39,150 bases of DNA from an uncultured Candidatus Bathyarchaeia archaeon. GTDB lineage: Archaea; Thermoproteota; Bathyarchaeia; 40CM-2-53-6; CAVXDP01. Position numbers and translations under genes: made by a program. The stretch is from the NCBI GenBank assembly GCA_964549295.1, contig CAZJUU010000001.1, positions 1-39,150 of the forward strand, in the 5' to 3' direction. Positions 18,239 through 25,025 of the stretch are shown here, piece after piece. Positions within the stretch are counted from its first letter, which is position 1, and each line of letters opens with the position of its first letter. The notes under the pieces are model-generated. The model ran no database searches and was not told where the DNA came from. It saw nothing but the letters and a program-made list of their open reading frames with translations.

Positions 18239-20093
18239 ACCGTGCCCTCCTTTCTCGGAATGTGTCCATATAAAATGTGAACTTTCTAAGGTTCCTGCTA
18301 TTCAAGATCCAGTCTTGAGTAGCATCTACAATCCTCTTGAACTCTCTGAAACTCCATTTCGCTGCATTGTCTGCGATGAAGAGTGGTTTGTTGTGACCGA
18401 ACATCTCCGGGATGCTTCGGTCACACATGGAATTAAGAATCGTCATAACCAAGTTCTGGATGGGGTTCTCGACATCTCTACGCTTGTACATCAGGACGGT
18501 CACTGGTTCTTCAGTTGATCCATATTCGTGTCTAAACTGAATGCTCGTCTCTTCCCTCAAATCATAATCTGGGTAGACCAGTCTATCAATCAGCAAGACG
18601 TTGCTTCTCAGTTTCGGATCGAAATCACTCTGGGAAAGCTGAATATAGGACTTTAGAAACAGTCTCTCCATCTGAACTATTCGATTTGCTGTGGCGCCAC
18701 TGACAAACATTGGTTTCACAGTCTCTTCAAGATATGGCACTATGGTCTTGAAGGCTGAATCATATTCTATCAGCGCCCAAGGAACAGTAATCACCTCGTG
18801 ATTAGAGACGGAGACCGATTGGAGAAACATTCTGTCAGTGCTAGGTGCCTCTCGCACCCTATCCAAATTGACATCGAAATCTAGAACGTTGTTCATTGTG
18901 CATACGGTAAGAACCTGTCTCATGAAGTCTCTGGCGGACGTGTCCTTTGTCAATCCAATCAATAGGACTCTTTGCTTCCAAGACTCCTCTATTATCATGT
19001 ACAAGCAGAACAATGTGAGAAATGCTAGATCCACAGTCGTAAGCCACGCTCTTCCAGTCTTCTTCTTCAGCAGCATAGGGTTTCCAGTATCTTCCGCGCC
19101 TTGACCGAGAAACAATCGATCTCCAATCTTAACCACGAGTTTCTTCAAGCAATTCCATGTGCCCACGTATCTCTCGTTAAGCATGTAGCCGCCACTTGTT
19201 CTTTCTATAACATCAGCTCTAACGCCTGAATCCAGTAGTGCACCAACTCTGCTTTTTCGTTTAGGGTCGTCTATGTGAAGTCTCGAACAGATCTGTTCGA
19301 GACTCAACTCTCCATGTATTTCAAGAAGATACATGAGACGATGTCTTAGGTAGTCACCTCGAGACGGTGGAAGATCGAGGACTGAGTTTGCCACTCTTCC
19401 TCTTCCAAAGGCCAGGTGGTAGCGATCTATCTGGACTCCATCCAGATCAAACCCCAGAAGACCACTGTTCTTTTCAACTCCTCCAAACTTGGCTGTGTCT
19501 GAGAGTAGAGCTGAATGTTCTCCTGAGAGAGTTCTGTCCATGAGAAGCACGTGTACTTTCTCATCTGTAATCATTCGATACGCAAGATAGAACTCTGAAA
19601 ACGCCATGATCCAATCAGCTATCTTCGAGTTATCAAAAACAGCTTGATCATCATGTGACTTCGCCAAGGCAGGAGACTTGTCTATGTCAGGGATATCGCT
19701 CACGTGTAGAGGTATGCAACTCGATATTCCTTTGCCATACTCAATGATCCTGTCTGAATACTCTACGATTGGTCCACTAGATTTTCTGAATTTGATGGTT
19801 CCAAGCGAGGCGCAGGATCCTCCGAAGAAAATGACTAACTCCTGCAATTGACGTGCATATTCAGTTCCATCGACGGCTGCGAATCTTATGGTGTCTGACC
19901 CAAACAGTTCCTTTGCGGTTTCATATGCTTTTGAGCCGGAAAAATTTGACGCGATGAAGTTATGGAGAAACTTATGATATATGTCCTTAACTGACTCAAA
20001 ACGTCTGTAGTAGTCAGTCACCCTCTCTTCAGCACCGCTTCTGAGAAGGTCACCAGTTCTTCGAATTTGAGAACTCAAATATGATGGTTCCAA
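18210..20093 (-). CDS. NurA-like nuclease (RNase H-like fold) with winged-helix-like insertion
   Basis: 627 aa. The motif order matches NurA: FAAVDGT (D75), AFSEF (E167), VLLMDRTL (D186, in place of the usual DGSL), IGLTKDTS (K383) and KPLFIADNAAK (D575). The insertion at aa 247-308 reads YLRHRLMYLLEIHGELSLEQICSRLHI..RVGALLDSGVRADVIERTSGGYMLNERY. The only in-frame start before these motifs is TTG 20093, or TTG/GTG a few codons downstream. Confidence 0.6.
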   Translation of the reverse strand: MEPSYLSSQIRRTGDLLRSGAEERVTDYYRRFESVKDIYHKFLHNFIASNFSGSKAYETAKELFGSDTIRFAAVDGTEYARQLQELVIFFGGSCASLGTIKFRKSSGPIVEYSDRIIEYGKGISSCIPLHVSDIPDIDKSPALAKSHDDQAVFDNSKIADWIMAFSEFYLAYRMITDEKVHVLLMDRTLSGEHSALLSDTAKFGGVEKNSGLLGFDLDGVQIDRYHLAFGRGRVANSVLDLPPSRGDYLRHRLMYLLEIHGELSLEQICSRLHIDDPKRKSRVGALLDSGVRADVIERTSGGYMLNERYVGTWNCLKKLVVKIGDRLFLGQGAEDTGNPMLLKKKTGRAWLTTVDLAFLTLFCLYMIIEESWKQRVLLIGLTKDTSARDFMRQVLTVCTMNNVLDFDVNLDRVREAPSTDRMFLQSVSVSNHEVITVPWALIEYDSAFKTIVPYLEETVKPMFVSGATANRIVQMERLFLKSYIQLSQSDFDPKLRSNVLLIDRLVYPDYDLREETSIQFRHEYGSTEEPVTVLMYKRRDVENPIQNLVMTILNSMCDRSIPEMFGHNKPLFIADNAAKWSFREFKRIVDATQDWILNSRNLRKFTFYMDTFRERRARYEYTRRRSA

Positions 20094-20136
20094 TGTGAAG
20101 ACATCCTTCTGAACATGGAATCAAATCTACAATGTG

Positions 20137-20154
20137 TTTTCTGCCTGCAGAAAA
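20137..20154 (-). promoter_or_regulatory. 8-2-8 palindrome over the predicted transcription start of the NurA/HerA-like operon (candidate operator)
   Basis: On the plus strand, ttttctgc-ct-gcagaaaa forms perfect 8-bp arms. It lies 44-61 nt upstream of TTG 20093 and about 20-30 nt downstream of the TATA-like element. Confidence 0.3.
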
Positions 20155-20169
20155 AGTCAGTGGATAACT

Positions 20170-20183
20170 CTATTTAACTTATA
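20170..20183 (-). promoter_or_regulatory. TATA-like element(s) for the NurA/HerA-like operon
   Basis: The minus strand reads TATAAGTTAAATAG, in the 136-nt gap between the 120-aa ORF and the NurA-like start. Confidence 0.35.
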
Positions 20184-20229
20184 GACGTGGTCGAAAGTGA
20201 AAGGAATAGTCTTACGCGACCTTGAATTG

Positions 20230-20592
20230 TTATTGAGAGCTCAGTTGCAGAAATTCCTTCAGCTCCTTCAGTGTGAGAAATGCCGCGTCGAAAGCTTTGC
20301 CGCCTTTTCTTGTGAGCCAAATCTTTCTCAATTTCGTTCTCTTGATTCCCGCAATGAATTCATCAATGCTCAGACTTTCTGGGTGAGGGTGGTTGCTTTC
20401 AACGTGTATATGATGAAGCAGTTGTTGTTTCGAACTCTTCGCCGCTACCTCTTGTGGAAGCTTGAAGTAGGCTATGTGTCCATGTCCAAGCTTGTAGACT
20501 CCGTAAACGGACTTGTCACGCATCCAGAATAGGATCAATGTGAATGGGTGAATCTTGTTGATGATTCCGGCGATCTCGGATTCTTCAATCAT
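20230..20592 (-). CDS. Hypothetical 120-aa protein (no recognisable family)
   Basis: It has an ATG start and protein-like composition and codon choice (AAG, GAA and ATC rich). The overlapping plus-strand ORF 20197..20532 is Leu/Arg/Ser-rich, as expected of an antisense shadow. On the minus strand GATATAAG (plus coordinates 20646-20653) lies about 54 nt upstream. Confidence 0.4.
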   Translation of the reverse strand: MIEESEIAGIINKIHPFTLILFWMRDKSVYGVYKLGHGHIAYFKLPQEVAAKSSKQQLLHHIHVESNHPHPESLSIDEFIAGIKRTKLRKIWLTRKGGKAFDAAFLTLKELKEFLQLSSQ

Positions 20593-20675
20593 CGCGTATC
20601 TAGATCCAATGTCTTAGGGATCAATTGTAGGAATGACTGTGAATTCTTATATCCATTTGGGGCCGCATAGATTCC

Positions 20676-20700
20676 AAAGAGATCTGATAGGATCTTTTTT
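20676..20700 (+). other. Hairpin whose 3' arm runs into a T6 tract, in the divergent intergenic region
   Basis: aaagagatc (20676-20684) pairs with gatcttttt (20691-20699), with one G-U pair on plus-sense RNA and a 6-nt loop. T6 occupies 20695-20700. No upstream plus-strand gene is evident. Confidence 0.25.
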
Positions 20701-20779
20701 CGGATTTGTGTCATAGAAACATTCATAAAATAGACTCTGAACGTGTAGAGCATCTGCAAGGCCAATGAGGGTGAAACAA

Positions 20780-21169
20780 ATGCCGAAGGCTTTCTTCGTT
20801 AAATTCGAAGTTCCTAAAGATGTAGTTGACAAAGCTCTTCAGGTTCTACAGGTGTCAAGAGACTCTGGAAAGATAAGGAAAGGAACTAATGAGTCAACGA
20901 AAGCTATCGAGAGAGGAATCGCGAAGTTAGTTCTCATAGCTGAAGATGTGGAACCACCACAGGTTGTAGCTCATCTTCCAATACTCTGCGAAGAGAGGAA
21001 GATACCTTACCTCTACGTTCCAGGCAAGCTTGAGCTAGGGAAATCAGCTGGACTTGATGTTGGTTGCGCAGCTATTTCTATAGTCGACGCTGGTGAAGCC
21101 TCAAGTTCCTTGAAGGAACTGACGGAGTCAGCTGAGAACCTGAGGAAGAGCGGCGGATCTAAGGCATGA
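20780..21169 (+). CDS. rpl7ae: 50S ribosomal protein L7Ae
   Basis: [65 protein letters not shown] is the kink-turn-binding L7Ae family. The ATG at 20780 is preceded by GAGGGTGA. The track start at 20765 is 5 codons upstream. Confidence 0.9.
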   Translation: MPKAFFVKFEVPKDVVDKALQVLQVSRDSGKIRKGTNESTKAIERGIAKLVLIAEDVEPPQVVAHLPILCEERKIPYLYVPGKLELGKSAGLDVGCAAISIVDAGEASSSLKELTESAENLRKSGGSKA

Positions 21170-21390
21170 GTAGTTCCAAGGCGAAGGTTGAAGAGGTTCT
21201 AACTCCAGCCGAAGTGACGCAGGTCATTGGAAGAACCAGCGTAACGGGCGAGGTCATTCAGGTCAGAGTAAGAATTCTTGAAGGTAAGGACAAGGGAAGA
21301 ATCATAACCAGAAACATCAGAGGACCGGTCAAGCTTGGAGACATTCTGATGTTGAGGGAAACGGAAAGAGAAGCCAAGAAGATCAAATAG
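21166..21390 (+). CDS. rps28e: 30S ribosomal protein S28e
   Basis: [57 protein letters not shown] matches S28e. There is an ATGA overlap with the L7Ae stop. Confidence 0.9.
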   Translation: MSSSKAKVEEVLTPAEVTQVIGRTSVTGEVIQVRVRILEGKDKGRIITRNIRGPVKLGDILMLRETEREAKKIK

Positions 21391-21408
21391 TCTTAAGAGC
21401 TGACGCAC

Positions 21409-21603
21409 ATGCCAAAGACGTACAAATGCTCATTCTGTGGAAAAGGCTATCCGCCCGCCCGGGGCGTTATGTACGTCAAAAACGATGGCACAATAATGTA
21501 CTTCTGCTCGTCCAAGTGTCGAAAGAGTATGCTCAACCTAGGAAGAGACTCGAGGAAACTGAAGTGGACGATCTACTACGGCAAGAAAGAACGCGGCAAG
21601 TAG
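21409..21603 (+). CDS. rpl24e: 50S ribosomal protein L24e
   Basis: YKCSFCGKGYPPARGVMYVKNDGTIMYFCSSKCRKS is the L24e zinc-ribbon. Confidence 0.9.
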   Translation: MPKTYKCSFCGKGYPPARGVMYVKNDGTIMYFCSSKCRKSMLNLGRDSRKLKWTIYYGKKERGK

Positions 21604-21627
21604 CAAACTCATTTTGAGGCTTGAGAA

Positions 21628-22095
21628 ATGCTGGAGAAAACCTTCACTTTCTTCAAACCAGAAACGGTCATGAGGGGATTTGCCGGAGATGTTCTATCCA
21701 GATTCGAAAGGAAAGGTTTCGTCATCGCGGCCATGAAACTGTTGTGGGTAACGGAGAAGCAGGCTCAGGAACTATATGCAATGCACAAAGGAAAACCCTT
21801 TTTCAACAAGCTTGTTGAACACATAACCTCAGGTCCAATTGTTGCACTCGTTGTTGAGGGCCCCAACGCAGTGAACGTAGTCCGAAAAATGGTCGGCTCT
21901 ACCAACCCCGCAGAGGCTGAGGCTGGAACAATTAGAGGCGACTACTCTCTGGAAACGACATGCAATAGCATACACGCATCCGACAGCCCAGAGAACGCCG
22001 AGAGAGAAATGAAGATCTTCTTCAAGGAAGAGGAGATACTGTCCTACGTTAAGCCAACCGAGAAGCAGTTTCTCTTCATGGAAACGTGGAAATAG
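21628..22095 (+). CDS. ndk: Nucleoside diphosphate kinase
   Basis: EKTFTFFKPETVMRGFAGDVLSRFERKGF, TSGPIVALVVEG, GSTNPAEAEAGTIRGDY and NSIHASDS (catalytic His) are present. Confidence 0.9.
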   Translation: MLEKTFTFFKPETVMRGFAGDVLSRFERKGFVIAAMKLLWVTEKQAQELYAMHKGKPFFNKLVEHITSGPIVALVVEGPNAVNVVRKMVGSTNPAEAEAGTIRGDYSLETTCNSIHASDSPENAEREMKIFFKEEEILSYVKPTEKQFLFMETWK

Positions 22096-22163
22096 ACATA
22101 CTCCGAACCTAGGCAACCTTGCGCCGTTCCTAGAGAGGCAGAGGAACTAGTTGCAATACCCCC

Positions 22164-22180
22164 ACCCCCCGTAGGGGGGT
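22164..22180 (+). other. C6/G6 hairpin downstream of ndk
   Basis: ACCCCCC-GTA-GGGGGGT forms a 7-bp stem with a 3-nt loop, preceded by a further C5 run. It lies 69 nt after the ndk stop. Confidence 0.3.
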
Positions 22181-22194
22181 CGCACTGTCAAGAA

Positions 22195-22237
22195 GCTTCA
22201 TCTCAAACATGTTTGTTCAGGTGGTGGGAGATGAAGC
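22195..22237 (+). other. 10-bp inverted repeat enclosing a 10-nt perfect palindrome
   Basis: gcttcatctc (22195-22204) pairs with gagatgaagc (22228-22237). The loop begins with the self-complementary aaacatgttt (22205-22214). Confidence 0.3.
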
Positions 22238-22250
22238 CTTCACAGATGAT

Positions 22251-22258
22251 ATTAAATT
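22251..22258 (+). promoter_or_regulatory. TATA-box-like element upstream of the Lrp-TRASH gene
   Basis: ATTAAATT(GG) lies 35-41 nt before the TTG 22293 and GTG 22299 candidate starts. It is related to the TTTAAATTGAG elements at 11421 and 23069. Confidence 0.4.
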
Positions 22259-22292
22259 GGATGCAAATGTATCTATTCGCAGGTAGTGTGGG

Positions 22293-22928
22293 TTGTCGGT
22301 GAAGCTCGATGCGACTGATGCGGGTATTCTAAGAGCCCTCATGGAAGACGGCCGAAGATCCCTGCGCGAGATTGCTAGGATCGTTTCAGTTAGCACACCG
22401 ACCGTTGAGAGCCGACTGAGACGGCTTTTCGACATGGGTGTCATAAAGAAGATATCGCCAATTCTGGACCCAGACAAGATCGAGCATGGAGTGTTCGTTC
22501 TCATCAACCTGAAAGTCGACACATCGAAGATTGATGAGATAAGTTCGCGCCTTGCTGAAATGGAAGAAGTCAGATGCGTCTTCATGGTCACAGGTGAGAG
22601 CAACCTCACGATTCGAGTCGTTACTGACAGTATGAAATCTCTCCAAGAGTTTCTTACAAAAAAGATAGCTGGACTTCAAGACGTGGAACTCATTTCATCA
22701 AACGTGATTACCAGGATCGTTAAGGAAGAACAAGGCGTAGTAGTGCGTCCAAGCTTGGGGATCCGCCTACGTTGCGACTATTGTAATGGAAAGATCGAAG
22801 GTGAACCACAAAGGCTTCGAGTGGGAGAAAGAGACCGATACTTCTGCTGCAAGGTCTGTCTCGAATCCTACAAGGAGAAGTATGGCTCGAAGATCGAAGC
22901 TCTTTCCAAGGAATCGACCAAGACCTGA
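22293..22928 (+). CDS. Lrp/AsnC-family transcriptional regulator with C-terminal TRASH-type metal-binding domain
   Basis: The N-terminal HTH is LDATDAGILRALMEDGRRSLREIARIVSVSTPTVESRLRRL. A RAM-like middle domain follows. The C-terminus reads CDYCNGKI..x..YFCCKVCLESYKEKY (CxxC..CxxxC). The start may be the GTG at 22299. Confidence 0.8.
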   Translation: MSVKLDATDAGILRALMEDGRRSLREIARIVSVSTPTVESRLRRLFDMGVIKKISPILDPDKIEHGVFVLINLKVDTSKIDEISSRLAEMEEVRCVFMVTGESNLTIRVVTDSMKSLQEFLTKKIAGLQDVELISSNVITRIVKEEQGVVVRPSLGIRLRCDYCNGKIEGEPQRLRVGERDRYFCCKVCLESYKEKYGSKIEALSKESTKT

Positions 22929-23068
22929 AACAGTAACTCAGATTATTTTCCTCATCAATGAACAACAAAACGTTTCGTGGTTCAATTTCTCTTCTTCTAT
23001 AGAGAACGCCTTCACTTCCATAGTTGTCATAGTGGTCCCAATGATTTATTGATGATCGTCTTGAAACG

Positions 23069-23079
23069 TTTAAATTGAG
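23069..23079 (+). promoter_or_regulatory. TATA-box-like element TTTAAATTGAG upstream of infB
   Basis: It lies 52 nt upstream of TTG 23121, and GGTGG lies 10-14 nt before the start. Confidence 0.45.
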
Positions 23080-23120
23080 TCACATTATTAGACGATGCCG
23101 TTACCTAGGTGGAATAGTTC

Positions 23121-24887
23121 TTGCCGCTACGTCATCCCATAGTTGCGGTCCTCGGTCATGTCGATCATGGCAAGACGACCTTGCTTGACAGGATAAGGGG
23201 GACCTCTGTAGCGGCGAGAGAGCCAGGCGCGATTACTCAGTGGATTGGCGCAAGTATGCTTCCCGCAGAGACATTGGAACGTCGTTGCGGGGAATTACTG
23301 AAGCAATTGAAATTCAAGATTGTTGTTCCTGGGATACTTTTCGTTGACACCCCCGGGCATGAGACCTTTTCCAATCTTAGAAGACGTGGGGGATCAGCTG
23401 CCGATATTGCGGTCTTGGTTGTGGATGTGCTTAAGGGTGTTGAGCCGCAGACAGTTGAATCGATAAACATTCTGAAGGCTAGACGCACGCCCTTTGTTGT
23501 TGCGGCTAACAAGATTGACATGATAAAAGGATGGAGATCTGTTGAAGGTAGAACTTTCGCTGAGGCTTTGGCCAAACAAGCACCTGAAATCCAGACCAAC
23601 CTAGATGAATACGTGTATAGAATATTGGGGTCGCTTTCGAGACTGGGATTCAATTCTGAAAGATTTGACAGAGTCAGAGACTTTCGAACCAATGTGGCAA
23701 TAGTTCCAACAAGTGCAAAGACTGGCGAAGGTGTATCTGAACTACTTTCCACACTCGTAGGCTTGACTCAGACATTTATGAAAGAGGATCTCACGACTAC
23801 AGCTGGGCCTGCAAAGGGAACCGTTCTTGAAGTGAAGGAGGAGCCGGGTCTAGGTGTCACCGTTAATGCCATCATCTATGATGGGATACTCAAAGTTGGA
23901 GAGAGAATCGTTCTCGGCGGACGACAAGACGTAATAGAGACGTATGTGAGGGCAATTCTCCTCCCCAAACCCTTGGACGAGATTAGAGATCCAAGGGACA
24001 AATTCTCTAATGTTGAGGAAATAGCGGCTGCGGCTGGAATAAAGATCGCTGCACCAAACCTCGACGAAGCATTAGCGGGGTCTCCAATCTTCGCCATTCA
24101 GGAAGGCGAAAGCTCAGGAAGGTTCGCTTCCCAGATAAGAGATGAAGTTCAGAAGCTTAGGATAAAGACCGACAGAATGGGTGTGGTCCTTAAGGCAGAT
24201 ACATTGGGATCACTGGAAGCAATTACAACATCACTTGAGGTCTTGGGAATTCCAATAAGGTTGGCTGACGTCGGTGATGTGTCAAGAAGAGAAGTGGTTG
24301 AAGCAGAGACTGTGTTAAGAAAAGATCGCCTGCTCGGAGTCGTATTAGCCTTCAATGTAAAGACTCTTCCAGACGCAACGGAAGAGGCGACAAGAGAAAA
24401 GGTTCCGATCTTTCAAGCGAACATAATATACCATATGCTTGAAGATTTCACAAGGTGGAGAGATAAGGAAAAGACAGCGGGAATCAAAGCTGAACTAGAC
24501 CTTCTAGTCAGACCGGGAAGGGTAAGAATACTGCCAGGATGCATTTTCAGAAGAAGTAAACCCGCAATCGTAGGCGTCGAAGTAATGGCTGGCCGGATAA
24601 GGCGAAAGTATCCACTTGTCTTGGAAGGCGGACGAACCATTGGTGAGATAGACAGAATTCAGGATAAAGGAAAGGAAATCGAAGAAGCGTTGACTGGAAA
24701 CCAAGTGGCCATTTCAATAGAAGAAGCTGTGGTTGGAAGACATATCAAGGAAGGCGACGTCCTTACCGTTTCGGTTCCAGAAGACCATGCAAGGAAACTT
24801 CTAGCCAACTTCAGAAGTGAGCTCTCGACCGAAGAGGTTGCCTTCCTCGAAGAACTACTGAAAGAAAAGACCGTGATTGGAATCTGA
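23121..24887 (+). CDS. infB: Translation initiation factor aIF5B (IF-2 homolog)
   Basis: LRHPIVAVLGHVDHGKTTLLD (G1), FVDTPGHE (G3) and AANKID (G4) are present, with a beta-barrel domain II and C-terminal domains. TTG is the first possible start after an in-frame TAG. Confidence 0.9.
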   Translation: MPLRHPIVAVLGHVDHGKTTLLDRIRGTSVAAREPGAITQWIGASMLPAETLERRCGELLKQLKFKIVVPGILFVDTPGHETFSNLRRRGGSAADIAVLVVDVLKGVEPQTVESINILKARRTPFVVAANKIDMIKGWRSVEGRTFAEALAKQAPEIQTNLDEYVYRILGSLSRLGFNSERFDRVRDFRTNVAIVPTSAKTGEGVSELLSTLVGLTQTFMKEDLTTTAGPAKGTVLEVKEEPGLGVTVNAIIYDGILKVGERIVLGGRQDVIETYVRAILLPKPLDEIRDPRDKFSNVEEIAAAAGIKIAAPNLDEALAGSPIFAIQEGESSGRFASQIRDEVQKLRIKTDRMGVVLKADTLGSLEAITTSLEVLGIPIRLADVGDVSRREVVEAETVLRKDRLLGVVLAFNVKTLPDATEEATREKVPIFQANIIYHMLEDFTRWRDKEKTAGIKAELDLLVRPGRVRILPGCIFRRSKPAIVGVEVMAGRIRRKYPLVLEGGRTIGEIDRIQDKGKEIEEALTGNQVAISIEEAVVGRHIKEGDVLTVSVPEDHARKLLANFRSELSTEEVAFLEELLKEKTVIGI

Positions 24888-25025
24888 ACCCTGACCGGCG
24901 AGAGGACATCGAACAACGTAATTTATAAGTGGACCCATTCTGTATACACGCCTACTTTCAGTGACATAGTCGAACTTTGAATCGAACGCCTCTGAAAGAC
25001 AATTCGAAAATGCTGAAGGATCAAG

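Noticed and set aside
16355-20093. Both proteins of the NurA/HerA-like pair are exactly 627 aa, raising the question of a duplication
   Set aside because: The two products share no visible sequence similarity and have different motif sets, so the equal length appears coincidental.
20197-20532. A plus-strand 111-aa ORF overlapping the 120-aa minus-strand ORF
   Set aside because: It is Leu/Arg/Ser-rich with a GTG start and no upstream signal. The minus-strand frame has more protein-like composition, an ATG start and a TATA-like element. Neither frame has recognisable homology, so this remains a judgement call.
16300-20800. The NurA/HerA-like locus as a mobile genomic island
   Set aside because: I could not find an integrase, transposase, flanking direct repeats or tRNA target. 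The flanks are tight (13 nt to gltX) and the composition looks like the surrounding genes by eye. This would need proper k-mer or GC analysis to be certain.
22217-22968. Minus-strand ORFs 22217..22609, 22386..22679 and 22720..22968, and plus-strand ORF 22786..23052, around the Lrp-TRASH gene
   Set aside because: They are shadow frames of a well-supported regulator ORF, with Ser/Arg/Leu-rich composition and no independent signals.
23050-23055. TGATGA in the lrp / infB gap as a C box
   Set aside because: No downstream CUGA is present, and the site lies just upstream of the infB TATA-like element.
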